A stretch of DNA of 64,000 nt from Bacilli bacterium (GCA_016297695.1 JAEDGC010000001.1:23161-87160), one strand, 5' to 3'; shown: positions 31,020-39,549, counted from the stretch's first letter. Program-made: numbers and translations. Notes: generated by a model not told the origin, from the sequence alone.

Positions 31020-31736
31020 ATGACGCAATTAACTGTTGGAAAGTTCAAACTTTCAGAAATAGCTGAATGGTTTGGAATTAAAGTCACAAGTTTCAATGCA
31101 GCAAAAGAAAAGAAGTTAGAAGAGTTAAAAGAATTTGCGGATTATGAATTAATATCAACTCATCAAATTCAAATTACAAAAGTAAAATACCCTTTCTATG
31201 TAAAGAAAAATTCCAAGAACTATGAAATTATTAAAAAGCAGATAACTAAAACTTGGAATCCAGACGGTATTGATACTTGTAAAAGAGTTTCTAATCAAAT
31301 CTACAAAGAAAAGCATAATGAATTAACTCTTACAGAAAGTACTACATATAACTACACAATTAAAGCTAAAACTGAGTTGTATGGTAAGTGCGGAAGTAAG
31401 TATGGCGGCAGCATAGGTTATAGTAATTATATATGGGCTAAGTGGGATCACGAACATCAAAAGTATGTTAAATTATCTCCAGAAGAAGATAAAATAAAGA
31501 AACAGCTATTTACAAAGTATTTTGGTAAAGCCAATGAAGTCACTATGTTTATACAAGAGTCTATTAAGAATGGTGAATTAACTAAAGAAGAAGCTTGGGC
31601 GGCATATGATGAAATGATGGATATAGATTATAACTTTAAAAATGTATTAGATGATTTCTTTATTCAGACTGGTATAAAATTAGTAAGATGTACAATAGTA
31701 ACAGGTAAAGACTGGGAAGAAATAGTTGAGGCGTGA
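31020..31736 (+). CDS. hypothetical protein, paralog of 29666..30361
   Basis: 238 aa with an AAAGGAGAAAGG RBS. Confidence 0.5.
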   Translation: MTQLTVGKFKLSEIAEWFGIKVTSFNAAKEKKLEELKEFADYELISTHQIQITKVKYPFYVKKNSKNYEIIKKQITKTWNPDGIDTCKRVSNQIYKEKHNELTLTESTTYNYTIKAKTELYGKCGSKYGGSIGYSNYIWAKWDHEHQKYVKLSPEEDKIKKQLFTKYFGKANEVTMFIQESIKNGELTKEEAWAAYDEMMDIDYNFKNVLDDFFIQTGIKLVRCTIVTGKDWEEIVEA

Positions 31737-31806
31737 GTTGATATATATGTTACAGTAGTAGAGGGGCGTGGTAATTTTTGGAAGCCGCATTTTGTCTTTT
31801 TTTACT

Positions 31807-31835
31807 ATTGTAACATATTTTTTATTAAAAGTCAA
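31807..31835 (-). promoter_or_regulatory. tandem promoter 1 of 3, antisense to 31020..31736
   Basis: TTGACT-TTTAATAAAAAATATGT-TACAAT (17-nt spacer). Confidence 0.5.
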
Positions 31836-31878
31836 TGCAAATGAAAATTATGGAAATTATAATTTGCCTTTTTTATAT

Positions 31879-31907
31879 ATTATAACATATTTTTTATTAA
31901 AAGTCAA
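31879..31907 (-). promoter_or_regulatory. tandem promoter 2 of 3
   Basis: TTGACT-TTTAATAAAAAATATGT-TATAAT. Confidence 0.55.
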
Positions 31908-31933
31908 ATTATTATTATAATAAACCCCATTTT

Positions 31934-31962
31934 ATTATAACATATTTTTTAATAAAAATCAA
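31934..31962 (-). promoter_or_regulatory. tandem promoter 3 of 3
   Basis: TTGATT-TTTATTAAAAAATATGT-TATAAT. Confidence 0.5.
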
Positions 31963-32048
31963 GCGGCAGGTAATTTTTAACAGAAATGTAAAATTTTTCC
32001 TCGCCCCTTTATCTTAGACTATTGTTACATAAGCAAATAAAATTTGCT

Positions 32049-32321
32049 AACTTTTTTTGAGTAATTTCCTTAACCTTAACACTGACTCATTTTTAGTATT
32101 ATCAAGCAAATGCTGCTTAATTTACTATTGTTTCCTCTTGCAAAATTGGAAGGGGAGGAGCTTAAATTTTATATATGAGCGGCAACCAAAATCTGCTAAC
32201 TTTTGTTAAAGTAATTTATTACTCACGAACATCAATCCATTTTTGGTTTTATTAAGCAAATCCTGTTGAAATTAATTAGCATAGCGGCAACAAAAATGGA
32301 AAAGGAGGAACTTAAATTTTA
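32049..32321. repeat. two tandem about 125-135-bp repeat units
   Basis: Both units start AAAAT(T/C)TGCTAACTTTT, share CATTTTT.GT.TTAT.AAGCAAAT.CTG, and end GGAA..GGAGGA.CTTAAATTTTA. Confidence 0.7.
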
Positions 32322-32345
32322 GGAAAAGTAAAAAGCGGAGGATAG

Positions 32346-32531
32346 TTTACTTTATCCATAGAAAAGTTGCATATAGCTAGGGTGGGTTGGTTTAACGGCT
32401 TAAGCTGAGCGCAAGCCGACCTTGGTTATTCTGGGAAAAAGAATATAAATTTAGACATTTACTTTATTCAGGAGAAAATTGCATATAGGTCTAGGGTGAT
32501 TGGATTTACGGGGAGCTTTGCCCGCTCCCCG
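32346..32531. repeat. two tandem about 80-bp units, each ending in a different GC-rich hairpin
   Basis: TTTACTTTAT.CA..GAAAA.TTGCATATAG..TAGGGTG..TGG.TT.ACGG, followed by CGGCTT..AAGCCG or CGGGGAGC..GCTCCCCG. Confidence 0.65.
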
Positions 32532-32625
32532 CCCGAATAGCAGCCGCATAATATTGCAAAACTCAATACTTTACACAATAAAATATCAAAAAAAGCAATA
32601 TTTTACTATGTAAGGTATTGAAAAT

Positions 32626-32660
32626 ATAAAAAAATAGCAAGAAAAATGAATTTTTCTTGC
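32626..32660 (-). terminator. terminator after 32676..33077
   Basis: GCAAGAAAAA/TTTTTCTTGC stem plus a T-run on the minus strand. Confidence 0.7.
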
Positions 32661-32675
32661 CAAAAATATGGAATT

Positions 32676-33077
32676 TTACTTATTTCTCTGTCTTATTAAG
32701 TCAAGTTTAAAGGTATCTCCGCCCAAAGTAAAGGAAATTAACTTAGTTTTATTAAGAATTTCCACTTTTTCACAGCCTTTTTCTTCCAAAAGTGCCTTAA
32801 TACACTTGATAATGCTTTCTTTGGTAGGGTCATCTTTTAGTACTCTCTCACGCTGTGTTTTTTTAGTGTTTATTGCTTTAGCTTGATGTATTGTTGCGGT
32901 TATGCGGTTTGACTTAGCTTTTGTATCAAGTTGCACCTGTTCCGCATTTTCAAGGTACTCGTTATCCTCCAGCCATACTTGAACAGCCTCTTGATTAGTA
33001 ATACCCAGACCCGCCGCAATTTTTTCAACCTCTTGCTCTTTTATGCGGACAGCTTTACCATTTACAGTAATTGTCAT
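32676..33077 (-). CDS. hypothetical protein, partner gene of cassette 1 (paralog of 38098..38475)
   Basis: 133 aa. ...EAVQVWLEDNE... / ...EAEQLWEDDN..., K-rich middle, C-terminal ..ISF.....FKLDL. Confidence 0.5.
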   Translation of the reverse strand: MTITVNGKAVRIKEQEVEKIAAGLGITNQEAVQVWLEDNEYLENAEQVQLDTKAKSNRITATIHQAKAINTKKTQRERVLKDDPTKESIIKCIKALLEEKGCEKVEILNKTKLISFTLGGDTFKLDLIRQRNK

Positions 33078-33127
33078 AAAATCCCCCTTTTACAAGGGCG
33101 GGGGAATTTCACCCCCGCATTTTTGGC

Positions 33128-33493
33128 TTATTCCTCTATATCGGTAATAGAGTATCTATAAGCGCCTTTGACTTTTTCTCTTGTCACCTTGCCTTCATCA
33201 CATAACTTCATCAGCAGGTTTGTCATACGGGCGGAGGACATTTCAACAGGATTGCAATTGTAAGCTGTGATAATATCCTTAACGGTAACAGGGGCATTTA
33301 AAGCCTTGACATAACCGTAAACCTTGACAAGATTTTTCTCCATATCAGGATTTACCTTTTTGCTTGACTTTTTAGCAAGCAATTCAATTTCGTGCTGAAC
33401 AAACTGTTCAAGCTCAGGCTCTCCTGCGTTTGCAAGAATAGCGGCAATCTTAGAAAAGCCTTCTCTTTTTGTAAAATTAAACATTTTTTCCAT
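33128..33493 (-). CDS. winged-helix-like protein, paralog 2 of 3
   Basis: ATG 33493 (MEKMFNF...) after GGAGA. The track start at 33544 would lie about 10 nt from the predicted transcription start. Confidence 0.5.
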   Translation of the reverse strand: MEKMFNFTKREGFSKIAAILANAGEPELEQFVQHEIELLAKKSSKKVNPDMEKNLVKVYGYVKALNAPVTVKDIITAYNCNPVEMSSARMTNLLMKLCDEGKVTREKVKGAYRYSITDIEE

Positions 33494-33561
33494 AAGTTTA
33501 CATCTCCATTTCTGCTCTTTTCGAGCGGCTAAAGTTTTTTGCACCTCTTTGGTACATTTAT

Positions 33562-33590
33562 ATTATAGCACATTTTGTGCCATAAGTCAA
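33562..33590 (-). promoter_or_regulatory. class-1 promoter
   Basis: TTGACT-17-TATAAT. Confidence 0.6.
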
Positions 33591-33608
33591 GAGTTTTTTG
33601 AAAAATTT

Positions 33609-34370
33609 TTAAATATTTTTCAAGATTATATTATCTCCGTTGTTGCGGACAGTTTTTCTATTATAGGCAAATTCGTGCTTAAATCCGTCTGTGTCTGTAA
33701 CAGTCAAGACTTTTTCCGTAGTGCGTGGAATGCTTGAATAAGTTTTATATTCCTTGCCATATTCTAAGCCGTATCTGCCTACTGTGGATACAAGTATTTC
33801 TAACTCAATTACACTATCAGCAAGGGCGGTATGTTCCTCTTCAAAATCAATTACACCTGTAATATATTGATATACACTCTCTGCTGTTGTAGAATAATTA
33901 CCTTTTTCTGTAAAACGGTTATACTGTTCACAAAAGTTTTTATATACTTGATTAAAAGCAATGCTGTTATGAACATTTCCTCTTATATCAAGAATTGGTA
34001 CTGTATCAAAAGGATTATTACACTTGAAATAATCACAATTGTATTCAAATACCTTTTCATCAAAAGGTGCGTTATATGCGTAAGCATATTCAACATTAAA
34101 AGTATTTAAATCTCTTATCATTTCCTTGCATATATAGCCAAACTTATTCATTTTGGTTTTTCTTGCCTTCATGCGGCTAACATATATAGGGCGCTTATTC
34201 GCATAATAGGCGGTTGAGAATAAAGGCACATTATGCCATATCTGTTCAACAACAAAATCCTTTTGTGCAAGCATTTTATCGGTATCTGTGTTATATATAA
34301 CATAACCAATGTTATAGCAGAAAGGCTTGTTAAGGTTTACTGTTTCTGTATCAAATACCATAATATTCAT
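33609..34370 (-). CDS. DEDDh (DnaQ-like) 3'-5' exonuclease
   Basis: From MNIMVFDTET (Exo I), AYNAPFDEKVF (Exo II), HTALADSVIE (Exo III, H-x4-D). ATG 34370 after AAAGGA. Confidence 0.7.
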   Translation of the reverse strand: MNIMVFDTETVNLNKPFCYNIGYVIYNTDTDKMLAQKDFVVEQIWHNVPLFSTAYYANKRPIYVSRMKARKTKMNKFGYICKEMIRDLNTFNVEYAYAYNAPFDEKVFEYNCDYFKCNNPFDTVPILDIRGNVHNSIAFNQVYKNFCEQYNRFTEKGNYSTTAESVYQYITGVIDFEEEHTALADSVIELEILVSTVGRYGLEYGKEYKTYSSIPRTTEKVLTVTDTDGFKHEFAYNRKTVRNNGDNIILKNI

Positions 34371-34434
34371 TTGTAAAAATTCCTTTTCTCTGTTTTTACT
34401 GGAGTTTATCAGCTCTCCCCTTTTCTGTACTCTT

Positions 34435-34463
34435 ATTATAACACATTTTCTTGCGTTTGTCAA
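34435..34463 (-). promoter_or_regulatory. class-1 promoter
   Basis: TTGACA-AACGCAAGAAAATGTGT-TATAAT. Confidence 0.65.
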
Positions 34464-34533
34464 GAGTTTTTTGAATTTTTTTTAATTTTTTTTCAAGCGG
34501 TGATTTTTTTCTCTCCCTCTTGATTACATTTAT

Positions 34534-34562
34534 ATTATATCACTTTTTCATCAGAATTGCAA
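34534..34562 (-). promoter_or_regulatory. class-1 promoter (tandem, upstream)
   Basis: TTGCAA-17-TATAAT. Confidence 0.5.
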
Positions 34563-34631
34563 TAGGCAAAATGCACAAAAGTTTCGGGATTTTTTATTGA
34601 AAATTTGTGCAAAATTTTTTTGCAAAAATAC

Positions 34632-34660
34632 TTGACAAAGCACAAAATTTGTGGTATAAT
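34632..34660 (+). promoter_or_regulatory. consensus promoter driving a non-coding + strand transcript
   Basis: TTGACA-AAGCACAAAATTTGTGG-TATAAT, flanked by three GCACAAAA/TTTGTGC motifs. Confidence 0.6.
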
Positions 34661-34667
34661 TGTTGGA

Positions 34668-34866
34668 CCCACTCTGCGGGTTTCGGGAATTTGCAGAATA
34701 TGGTAGATATGGTAGAATCTGGAGCAAAAATCTGTACTTTAGTGCTTTAGTGTGGTAAAGTGGGCCTTGGCAAAAGAAAAGGGCCCACAGGCTGATGCCT
34801 TACAAAGTATAGTATTGATTTGTATAATATATAGAAAAGGAGAGCGGTTTCCCGCCCTCTCTTATT
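34668..34866 (+). ncRNA. candidate about 200-nt small RNA
   Basis: No ORF. Runs from the consensus promoter to the GAGAGCGG...CCGCCCTCTC hairpin plus T-rich tail. Contains the GTGGGCC...GGCCCAC hairpin and a GTATAGTATTGA box. Confidence 0.4.
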
Positions 34867-34969
34867 ACTTCTTTTTAGTTTTCTTCTTTTGTCCTTTTAC
34901 CTTATATTCTGCAAGTAAATAGTTTTTAAACTGTTCTCTATCTAAATATCTACCATTGACTTTAACCAT
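34865..34969 (-). CDS. 34-aa basic protein
   Basis: Hand-verified MVKVNGRYLDREQFKNYLLAEYKVKGQKKKTKKK*. TAATG overlap with the upstream ORF. Confidence 0.35.
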   Translation of the reverse strand: MVKVNGRYLDREQFKNYLLAEYKVKGQKKKTKKK

Positions 34970-35145
34970 TAAACATTCTCCTTATCAATTATACGTTCAA
35001 CTGTTAAAATATCACAAGGACTTGCCCCAACTCCTCTTAGTATATCGTCTGCAAATATTACAGCTTCATAAATAGATATTGCATTTATTGTAATACTCTC
35101 TGCTTTAAAATTTTCTGAAGGTCTTATAGTTACTTTAAATTTCAT
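34969..35145 (-). CDS. 58-aa hypothetical protein
   Basis: Hand-verified MKFKVTIRPSENFKAESITINAISIYEAV... The start overlaps the stop of 35135..35389. Confidence 0.4.
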   Translation of the reverse strand: MKFKVTIRPSENFKAESITINAISIYEAVIFADDILRGVGASPCDILTVERIIDKENV

Positions 35146-35389
35146 TTTTAATACTTATCCTTTCTAAATCCCAACGTTCAGGGAGTTCTTCTCTTAATAT
35201 GCAATCACCTGAACTATCATTATAAAATACACACTCATGACAATGGTGATATTTATTACATATTTCCTGTACTGTTTTAAGAGTGGGTATAATATCTTTT
35301 AGTTTATTAAATGTTTCATATTTAACACATTCTTCTTCTGTTTTAAATTCTTTACCGTCACAAGCAATAAATCTCTGTTCAATTGTCAT
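35135..35389 (-). CDS. hypothetical Cys/His-containing protein
   Basis: 84 aa with an AAAGGAA RBS and the conserved leader. Confidence 0.5.
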   Translation of the reverse strand: MTIEQRFIACDGKEFKTEEECVKYETFNKLKDIIPTLKTVQEICNKYHHCHECVFYNDSSGDCILREELPERWDLERISIKNEI

Positions 35390-35445
35390 TTTATTAATTC
35401 CTTTTCTCTGTTTTAGAAGTTTATCAGCTCTTCTTTTCTATAATT

Positions 35446-35474
35446 ATTATATCATATTTTTAAAAATTTGTCAA
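35446..35474 (-). promoter_or_regulatory. class-1 promoter
   Basis: TTGACA-17-TATAAT. Confidence 0.65.
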
Positions 35475-35483
35475 GTAGTTTTT

Positions 35484-35651
35484 TTAATTTTCTTGTTCTG
35501 TGTATAGAACACAGCAAGAGTAAAAATCATAGCGCCCATGGGAACTAACAGTGTATGATATTTGTTCAATATGATGAGTTTTTGCAAAATCATTTACCTC
35601 ATCTTTTAAATCCTGCCTAATATCACTTTCAAATATTTGAACCTTTTGCAT
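35484..35651 (-). CDS. 55-aa hypothetical protein
   Basis: Hand-verified MQKVQIFESDIRQDLKDEVNDFAKTHH... with GAGG 8 nt upstream. Confidence 0.4.
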   Translation of the reverse strand: MQKVQIFESDIRQDLKDEVNDFAKTHHIEQISYTVSSHGRYDFYSCCVLYTEQEN

Positions 35652-35661
35652 TTTAAAAACC

Positions 35662-35889
35662 TCACTTCCGCTCTTTATAAATTTTTATACCTTTTTCTAA
35701 CTGGTAATAGCTACCTCTTTCGTCGTACTGTAATTCTGCTCCTTGACGTTCAATCAGTTTAATCATTTTAAAATGTTGTATAGGTGTTAAAGATAACCAA
35801 AACCATCCCGCACAGTTAAATTCTGTATCTTTTACTATTGATACTTTTATTGTTCTTTCGTACCAATTATTAAACTCTTTTGTCAACAT
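35662..35889 (-). CDS. hypothetical protein
   Basis: ATG 35889 (MLTKEF...) after TGAGGTG. Confidence 0.45.
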   Translation of the reverse strand: MLTKEFNNWYERTIKVSIVKDTEFNCAGWFWLSLTPIQHFKMIKLIERQGAELQYDERGSYYQLEKGIKIYKERK

Positions 35890-35899
35890 TTTAAACACC

Positions 35900-36145
35900 T
35901 CACATAAATATTTTTACAATTAAGACGCCTAAACATATAGCGGTTAAGCATATATTCTTAATCTTTTCACTTAAAGGATATTTGCAAGCAAATACCCTTA
36001 TTAGTATAAGTATATCTGTTATCAGATATACAGTCTGTCCGACATAGAACAGAAAACCTATTGTGATTTGTCCAATTATTAAACCACCTAAACAAAGATA
36101 GTTAATAACTTCCCAAAAAGTGTTTGTTTTGTTTTCCATTAGCAT
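35900..36145 (-). CDS. small membrane protein
   Basis: About 80 aa with 2-3 TM helices. Confidence 0.5.
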   Translation of the reverse strand: MLMENKTNTFWEVINYLCLGGLIIGQITIGFLFYVGQTVYLITDILILIRVFACKYPLSEKIKNICLTAICLGVLIVKIFM

Positions 36146-36171
36146 TACCTCATTTCCTTTTCTGTATCTAT

Positions 36172-36200
36172 ATTATAACACACAGTCAGGTAATTGTCAA
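36172..36200 (-). promoter_or_regulatory. class-1 promoter
   Basis: TTGACA-17-TATAAT. Confidence 0.65.
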
Positions 36201-36389
36201 TAGGTAATTATACACAAAAATAAAACATCTTTTTTGGGAAAATTGCACAAAAGGAGAATCAATACTATATTAAATAAAATATTGGCTGACCTAATATTTG
36301 GTGCGCTAAAGTGGCGCGTGTCATTAGTAAGCGCGCCACAGGCCCTCAGTGTATTGCGAATGTCAATATTTTAGGTTGTATGGTATTGA

Positions 36390-36423
36390 GAATAGAAAAG
36401 GAAGGCAAGCCTAAACTTGCCTT
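36390..36423 (-). terminator. terminator
   Basis: AAGGCAAG/CTTGCCTT stem with a T-rich tail on the minus strand. Confidence 0.6.
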
Positions 36424-36525
36424 ACCTATTATTTTTTTATTGTTCGTATTATTGCGACACATATTCGACAAACCAGTAGTATTCCACCACAAATTAAATA
36501 AACTGTTTTTTCATCAATCATAATA

Positions 36526-36705
36526 TTAGTCAATCTTTATTACTAAAGCAGCCGTAGATAAATTTCTTTTCACATAATCAATATTTTCTTCTTCAATATA
36601 TTCTTCAAGAGAATAATAATCATCCCCGCAAGCATAATCTACAAGTATAGGGTAATCTTCAATCTTCAACTCTTTACAATATTCATAAAGTTCTTTTACT
36701 GTCAT
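36526..36705 (-). CDS. 59-aa protein, tandem paralog of 36720..36911
   Basis: Hand-verified MTVKELYEYCKELKIEDYPILV... Both paralogs start MTVKELY. Confidence 0.45.
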   Translation of the reverse strand: MTVKELYEYCKELKIEDYPILVDYACGDDYYSLEEYIEEENIDYVKRNLSTAALVIKID

Positions 36706-36719
36706 ATAATTGTTCCTCC

Positions 36720-36911
36720 TTATATTATTAAAGTTACTCTTGTATCTGGCTTTAAACTATCATCACACTGATAAAAGTCACTTACCGTCACTACATTAGA
36801 AAAGGTTAATTTCACATAATCTTCTATATTATCACCATTAGATACAATAACTAGTTCCTTATCTTCCCAATGATTATTTGCACAAAGATTGTATAATTCT
36901 TTTACTGTCAT
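36720..36911 (-). CDS. 63-aa protein, tandem paralog
   Basis: MTVKELYNLCANNHWEDKELVIV... ATG 36911 after GAGGAGG. Confidence 0.45.
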   Translation of the reverse strand: MTVKELYNLCANNHWEDKELVIVSNGDNIEDYVKLTFSNVVTVSDFYQCDDSLKPDTRVTLII

Positions 36912-36929
36912 ATAATCGTTCCTCCTCAA

Positions 36930-37373
36930 TTATTCAAGTTCACCGAGTATATCAAGCATATTGACTACATCAAAAGCATTTATACCCCATTCTGCACGAT
37001 TATTTTCTTCATCATCGAATAAATAACCATTCTTTTCTCTTGCTACTGTGCTTTTAGGTGTACCATAAGGTACAATGTGAATTTCATCAAACTTTACACT
37101 TGGTAAATGCTTATTGAGCCAAAAGTTTTTTGCTTTTTCAACAGCCTTGTCATATTCGGCGGTTGCGTGTTTACTTCCCCATGATATTATTCCTATTGTA
37201 TATCCTTTTCTCTGTAAAGTATTTAATCTTCTTGCAAGAGCGGATAACTTTACAAGCGGTCTTGCTTGTATATAGGGTGTTGCATCCTCCGCCCTTAATT
37301 TCTTTAGCCAATTATCAACGCTGTATAAGTCAGCTATTGTTCCATCCATATCAAGATAAATTGCCTTTGTCAT
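36930..37373 (-). CDS. HAD-superfamily phosphatase (nucleotidase-like)
   Basis: DMDGT motif I at residues 8-12. 147 aa. Confidence 0.6.
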   Translation of the reverse strand: MTKAIYLDMDGTIADLYSVDNWLKKLRAEDATPYIQARPLVKLSALARRLNTLQRKGYTIGIISWGSKHATAEYDKAVEKAKNFWLNKHLPSVKFDEIHIVPYGTPKSTVAREKNGYLFDDEENNRAEWGINAFDVVNMLDILGELE

Positions 37374-37427
37374 AATTTAATTCCTTTTCTCTGTTTACGG
37401 GTTTATCAGCTCCCTTTCTGTAATTAT

Positions 37428-37456
37428 ATTATAACTTATTTTTAATAATTTGTCAA
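37428..37456 (-). promoter_or_regulatory. class-1 promoter
   Basis: TTGACA-AATTATTAAAAATAAGT-TATAAT. Confidence 0.65.
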
Positions 37457-37504
37457 GTAGTAAAAATGTACAAAATTTTTTATTTTTTTTGTTAAATTTG
37501 ACTA

Positions 37505-37533
37505 TTGCGTTTTTTTAATTTTTGTGTTATAAT
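37505..37533 (+). promoter_or_regulatory. extended -10 promoter for the lone + strand gene
   Basis: TTGCGT-17-TATAAT with TGT immediately upstream of the -10. Confidence 0.5.
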
Positions 37534-37589
37534 GTAAATGTAATCAAGAGAGATGATAAACTCTTAAAAACATAGAAAAGGATAAAAAT

Positions 37590-37883
37590 ATGAAAAAGTT
37601 TGAAGAAATTAGAAGATATGAACCCTATCGTAGATACGAAAAACTTAAAATTTATGTCTTGACTACAAATGAAGTATATGATTGTTTTGATGATTTTTTC
37701 AATACCGAATATTTTCAAGAGAGATTTTATAGTAATTTAGATTGTAGTTATAGCGCTTCTGATGTCATTAACTTATCTCCGGTTGCAAAAAATGAGATAT
37801 TTCTAACAACAGCAGATAATACAATTGATGATTTAGTCGGATGTCAAGATATACTTATTATCAAGGAATTAGAGGGGAGGTAA
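37590..37883 (+). CDS. hypothetical protein (single + strand gene inside the - strand block)
   Basis: 97 aa. Own promoter, AAAGGA RBS and terminator hairpin GAGGGGAGG/CTCCTCTC. Confidence 0.5.
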   Translation: MKKFEEIRRYEPYRRYEKLKIYVLTTNEVYDCFDDFFNTEYFQERFYSNLDCSYSASDVINLSPVAKNEIFLTTADNTIDDLVGCQDILIIKELEGR

Positions 37884-38053
37884 TACTCCTCTCTATTATT
37901 TTAGGATTTTAATACCTTAAATATATAATATTATATCAACCTAAATATTTACCAAGCCAATATTTGGTACGCAAAATTGGGCGCCCTCCAATCAAATGCG
38001 CCCAGACGCCGCAAAATATTGACAAATCTAATATATTATTTTGTATAGTATTG

Positions 38054-38088
38054 AAAATAAAAAATTTGGCAAGATAAAATCTTGCCAA
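38054..38088 (-). terminator. terminator after 38098..38475
   Basis: TTGGCAAG/CTTGCCAA stem plus ATTTTTTATTTT. Confidence 0.7.
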
Positions 38089-38097
38089 TAAATAAGA

Positions 38098-38475
38098 TTA
38101 TTCTGCTTTTGTTTTAGGAGGTCTATGCTCTGTTAGTTTTAATGTATACTTTTTATTATCATACTCAAAACTAATTTCTGTTTCTGTCTTTGTCTGCATT
38201 TCCGCAATACCTAGATTAGTAAGGGTTTCTGCAAACTTTTCAAGCAAAAACTTTTTAGTTGTATTTACTTTTCTTTCTTTTGTTGAGGTTTTCCTTTTTT
38301 TGTCAGGATTTATTTCGTATTGCCTTTTCAAATTCTTTTTGGCTTTTTCTGTTAGCTCTGCTACCTCGGGCAATATCTCATCAGAATTATCATCCTCCCA
38401 TAGCTGTTCAGCCTCTTCTCTTGTCAAAGACAGCGTTTTCATATATTTTTCTATTGCTATATCTTTTTCTGTCAA
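38098..38475 (-). CDS. hypothetical protein, partner gene of cassette 2
   Basis: 125 aa. TTG start after GGGGGA. Paralog of 32676..33077. Confidence 0.5.
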   Translation of the reverse strand: MTEKDIAIEKYMKTLSLTREEAEQLWEDDNSDEILPEVAELTEKAKKNLKRQYEINPDKKRKTSTKERKVNTTKKFLLEKFAETLTNLGIAEMQTKTETEISFEYDNKKYTLKLTEHRPPKTKAE

Positions 38476-38507
38476 TCAAATTCCCCCTTTAGTAAGGGAG
38501 GAAGGGA

Positions 38508-38894
38508 TTACCCTTCCTCTGTTTCAGCAAGTGAGAAGTAGGACTTCTTCTTATCAGTAGTCTTGACTACCGTACCTGCCTTAACTGCAGAATTGAGAAT
38601 ATTGCTTACAAGCGCATTGGAATACTCAACAGGGTTGAGATTAAATTCTGCAAGGATTTCTGATACACGCATAGGCTTATCAGCCTTAGCAAGGCAATCC
38701 ATAATTACAGATACCTTCTTTTCACGCTCAGGATTTTCCTTCTTGCTTGACTTCTTGCGGCTTAACAGTTCAACTTCTCTGTCAATAAAGCTTACAAGGT
38801 CGGCTCTGTCAGCGGCTTCTGCAATTGCACGAAGTTCTGCAAAACGTGTTGCCTTAGTGATACGCTCACCATTCTCATTAAATTCGATTGTCAT
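38508..38894 (-). CDS. winged-helix-like protein, paralog 3 of 3
   Basis: 128 aa. ...REVELLSRKKSSKKENPEREKK... aligns with ...HEIELLAKKSSKKVNPDMEKN... of 33128..33493. Confidence 0.5.
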   Translation of the reverse strand: MTIEFNENGERITKATRFAELRAIAEAADRADLVSFIDREVELLSRKKSSKKENPEREKKVSVIMDCLAKADKPMRVSEILAEFNLNPVEYSNALVSNILNSAVKAGTVVKTTDKKKSYFSLAETEEG

Positions 38895-38962
38895 AATTAA
38901 ACACTCTCTTTCTGCCTTTGCGGCTCATAAAATTTTGTTTAGTACCTCTTTGGTACACTCTT

Positions 38963-38991
38963 ATTATAACACATTTCGTGTTATTTGTCAA
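38963..38991 (-). promoter_or_regulatory. class-1 promoter
   Basis: TTGACA-17-TATAAT. Confidence 0.65.
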
Positions 38992-39053
38992 GGGGTTTTA
39001 AGAAATTTTTTTCGGATTTTTTCTTTTTTCTTTCTTTCCCCTTCTGTATTTAT

Positions 39054-39082
39054 ATTATAACATAAAAATTTTAAATTGTCAA
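39054..39082 (-). promoter_or_regulatory. class-1 promoter (tandem, upstream)
   Basis: TTGACA-ATTTAAAATTTTTATGT-TATAAT, with TTTTGTGCAAT about 10 nt upstream of the -35. Confidence 0.6.
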
Positions 39083-39258
39083 TAGGAAAAATTGCACAAA
39101 AATATAGTTGCTCTTTTTGGGATTTTGCATACTATACAACCTAAGATATTTTCAAATAAAAATATTGGCTCATCTATTATTTTGGAGGAGGAATCGTGCG
39201 GGTGCAATAGAAAGCCGCACGCTGAGAAGATTGTCTATCATTGACATTGTATAGTATT

Positions 39259-39297
39259 GAAAATAAAACATATGCGGCAGGTAATATATCTGCCGCA
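39259..39297 (-). terminator. terminator after 39304..39549
   Basis: TGCGGCAG/CTGCCGCA stem plus TGTTTTATTTTC. Confidence 0.65.
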
Positions 39298-39303
39298 ATA
39301 AAT

Positions 39304-39549
39304 TTATTCTAGTTCTTTTTCATATCCTGTATAATAGCTTGGATAAGCATTAAGATTTTCTTGAAGCCTTGCTTTTATTTCATCTAAATTGTTTTCTGTT
39401 ATTTCCTTGTCATCATCTTTACATTTATTAATCTTATTGGCAATATAATTAACAGCTTTTTCTTTTGTAGCAAATACTTTGTCGAGTTTTTCATTTTCCC
39501 AATCCCAATTCTCCCATTCCCAAACTTCACAAACTACATAAACTCTCAT
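39304..39549 (-). CDS. hypothetical protein
   Basis: 81 aa, W/E-rich N-terminus. Confidence 0.5.
   Translation of the reverse strand: MRVYVVCEVWEWENWDWENEKLDKVFATKEKAVNYIANKINKCKDDDKEITENNLDEIKARLQENLNAYPSYYTGYEKELE

Noticed and set aside
30485-32531. Possible CRISPR array, considered because of the tandem repeats.
   Set aside because: The repeats are a 7-mer microsatellite and two pairs of 80-135-bp units. There are no regularly spaced 25-40-bp repeats with unique spacers, and no cas genes.
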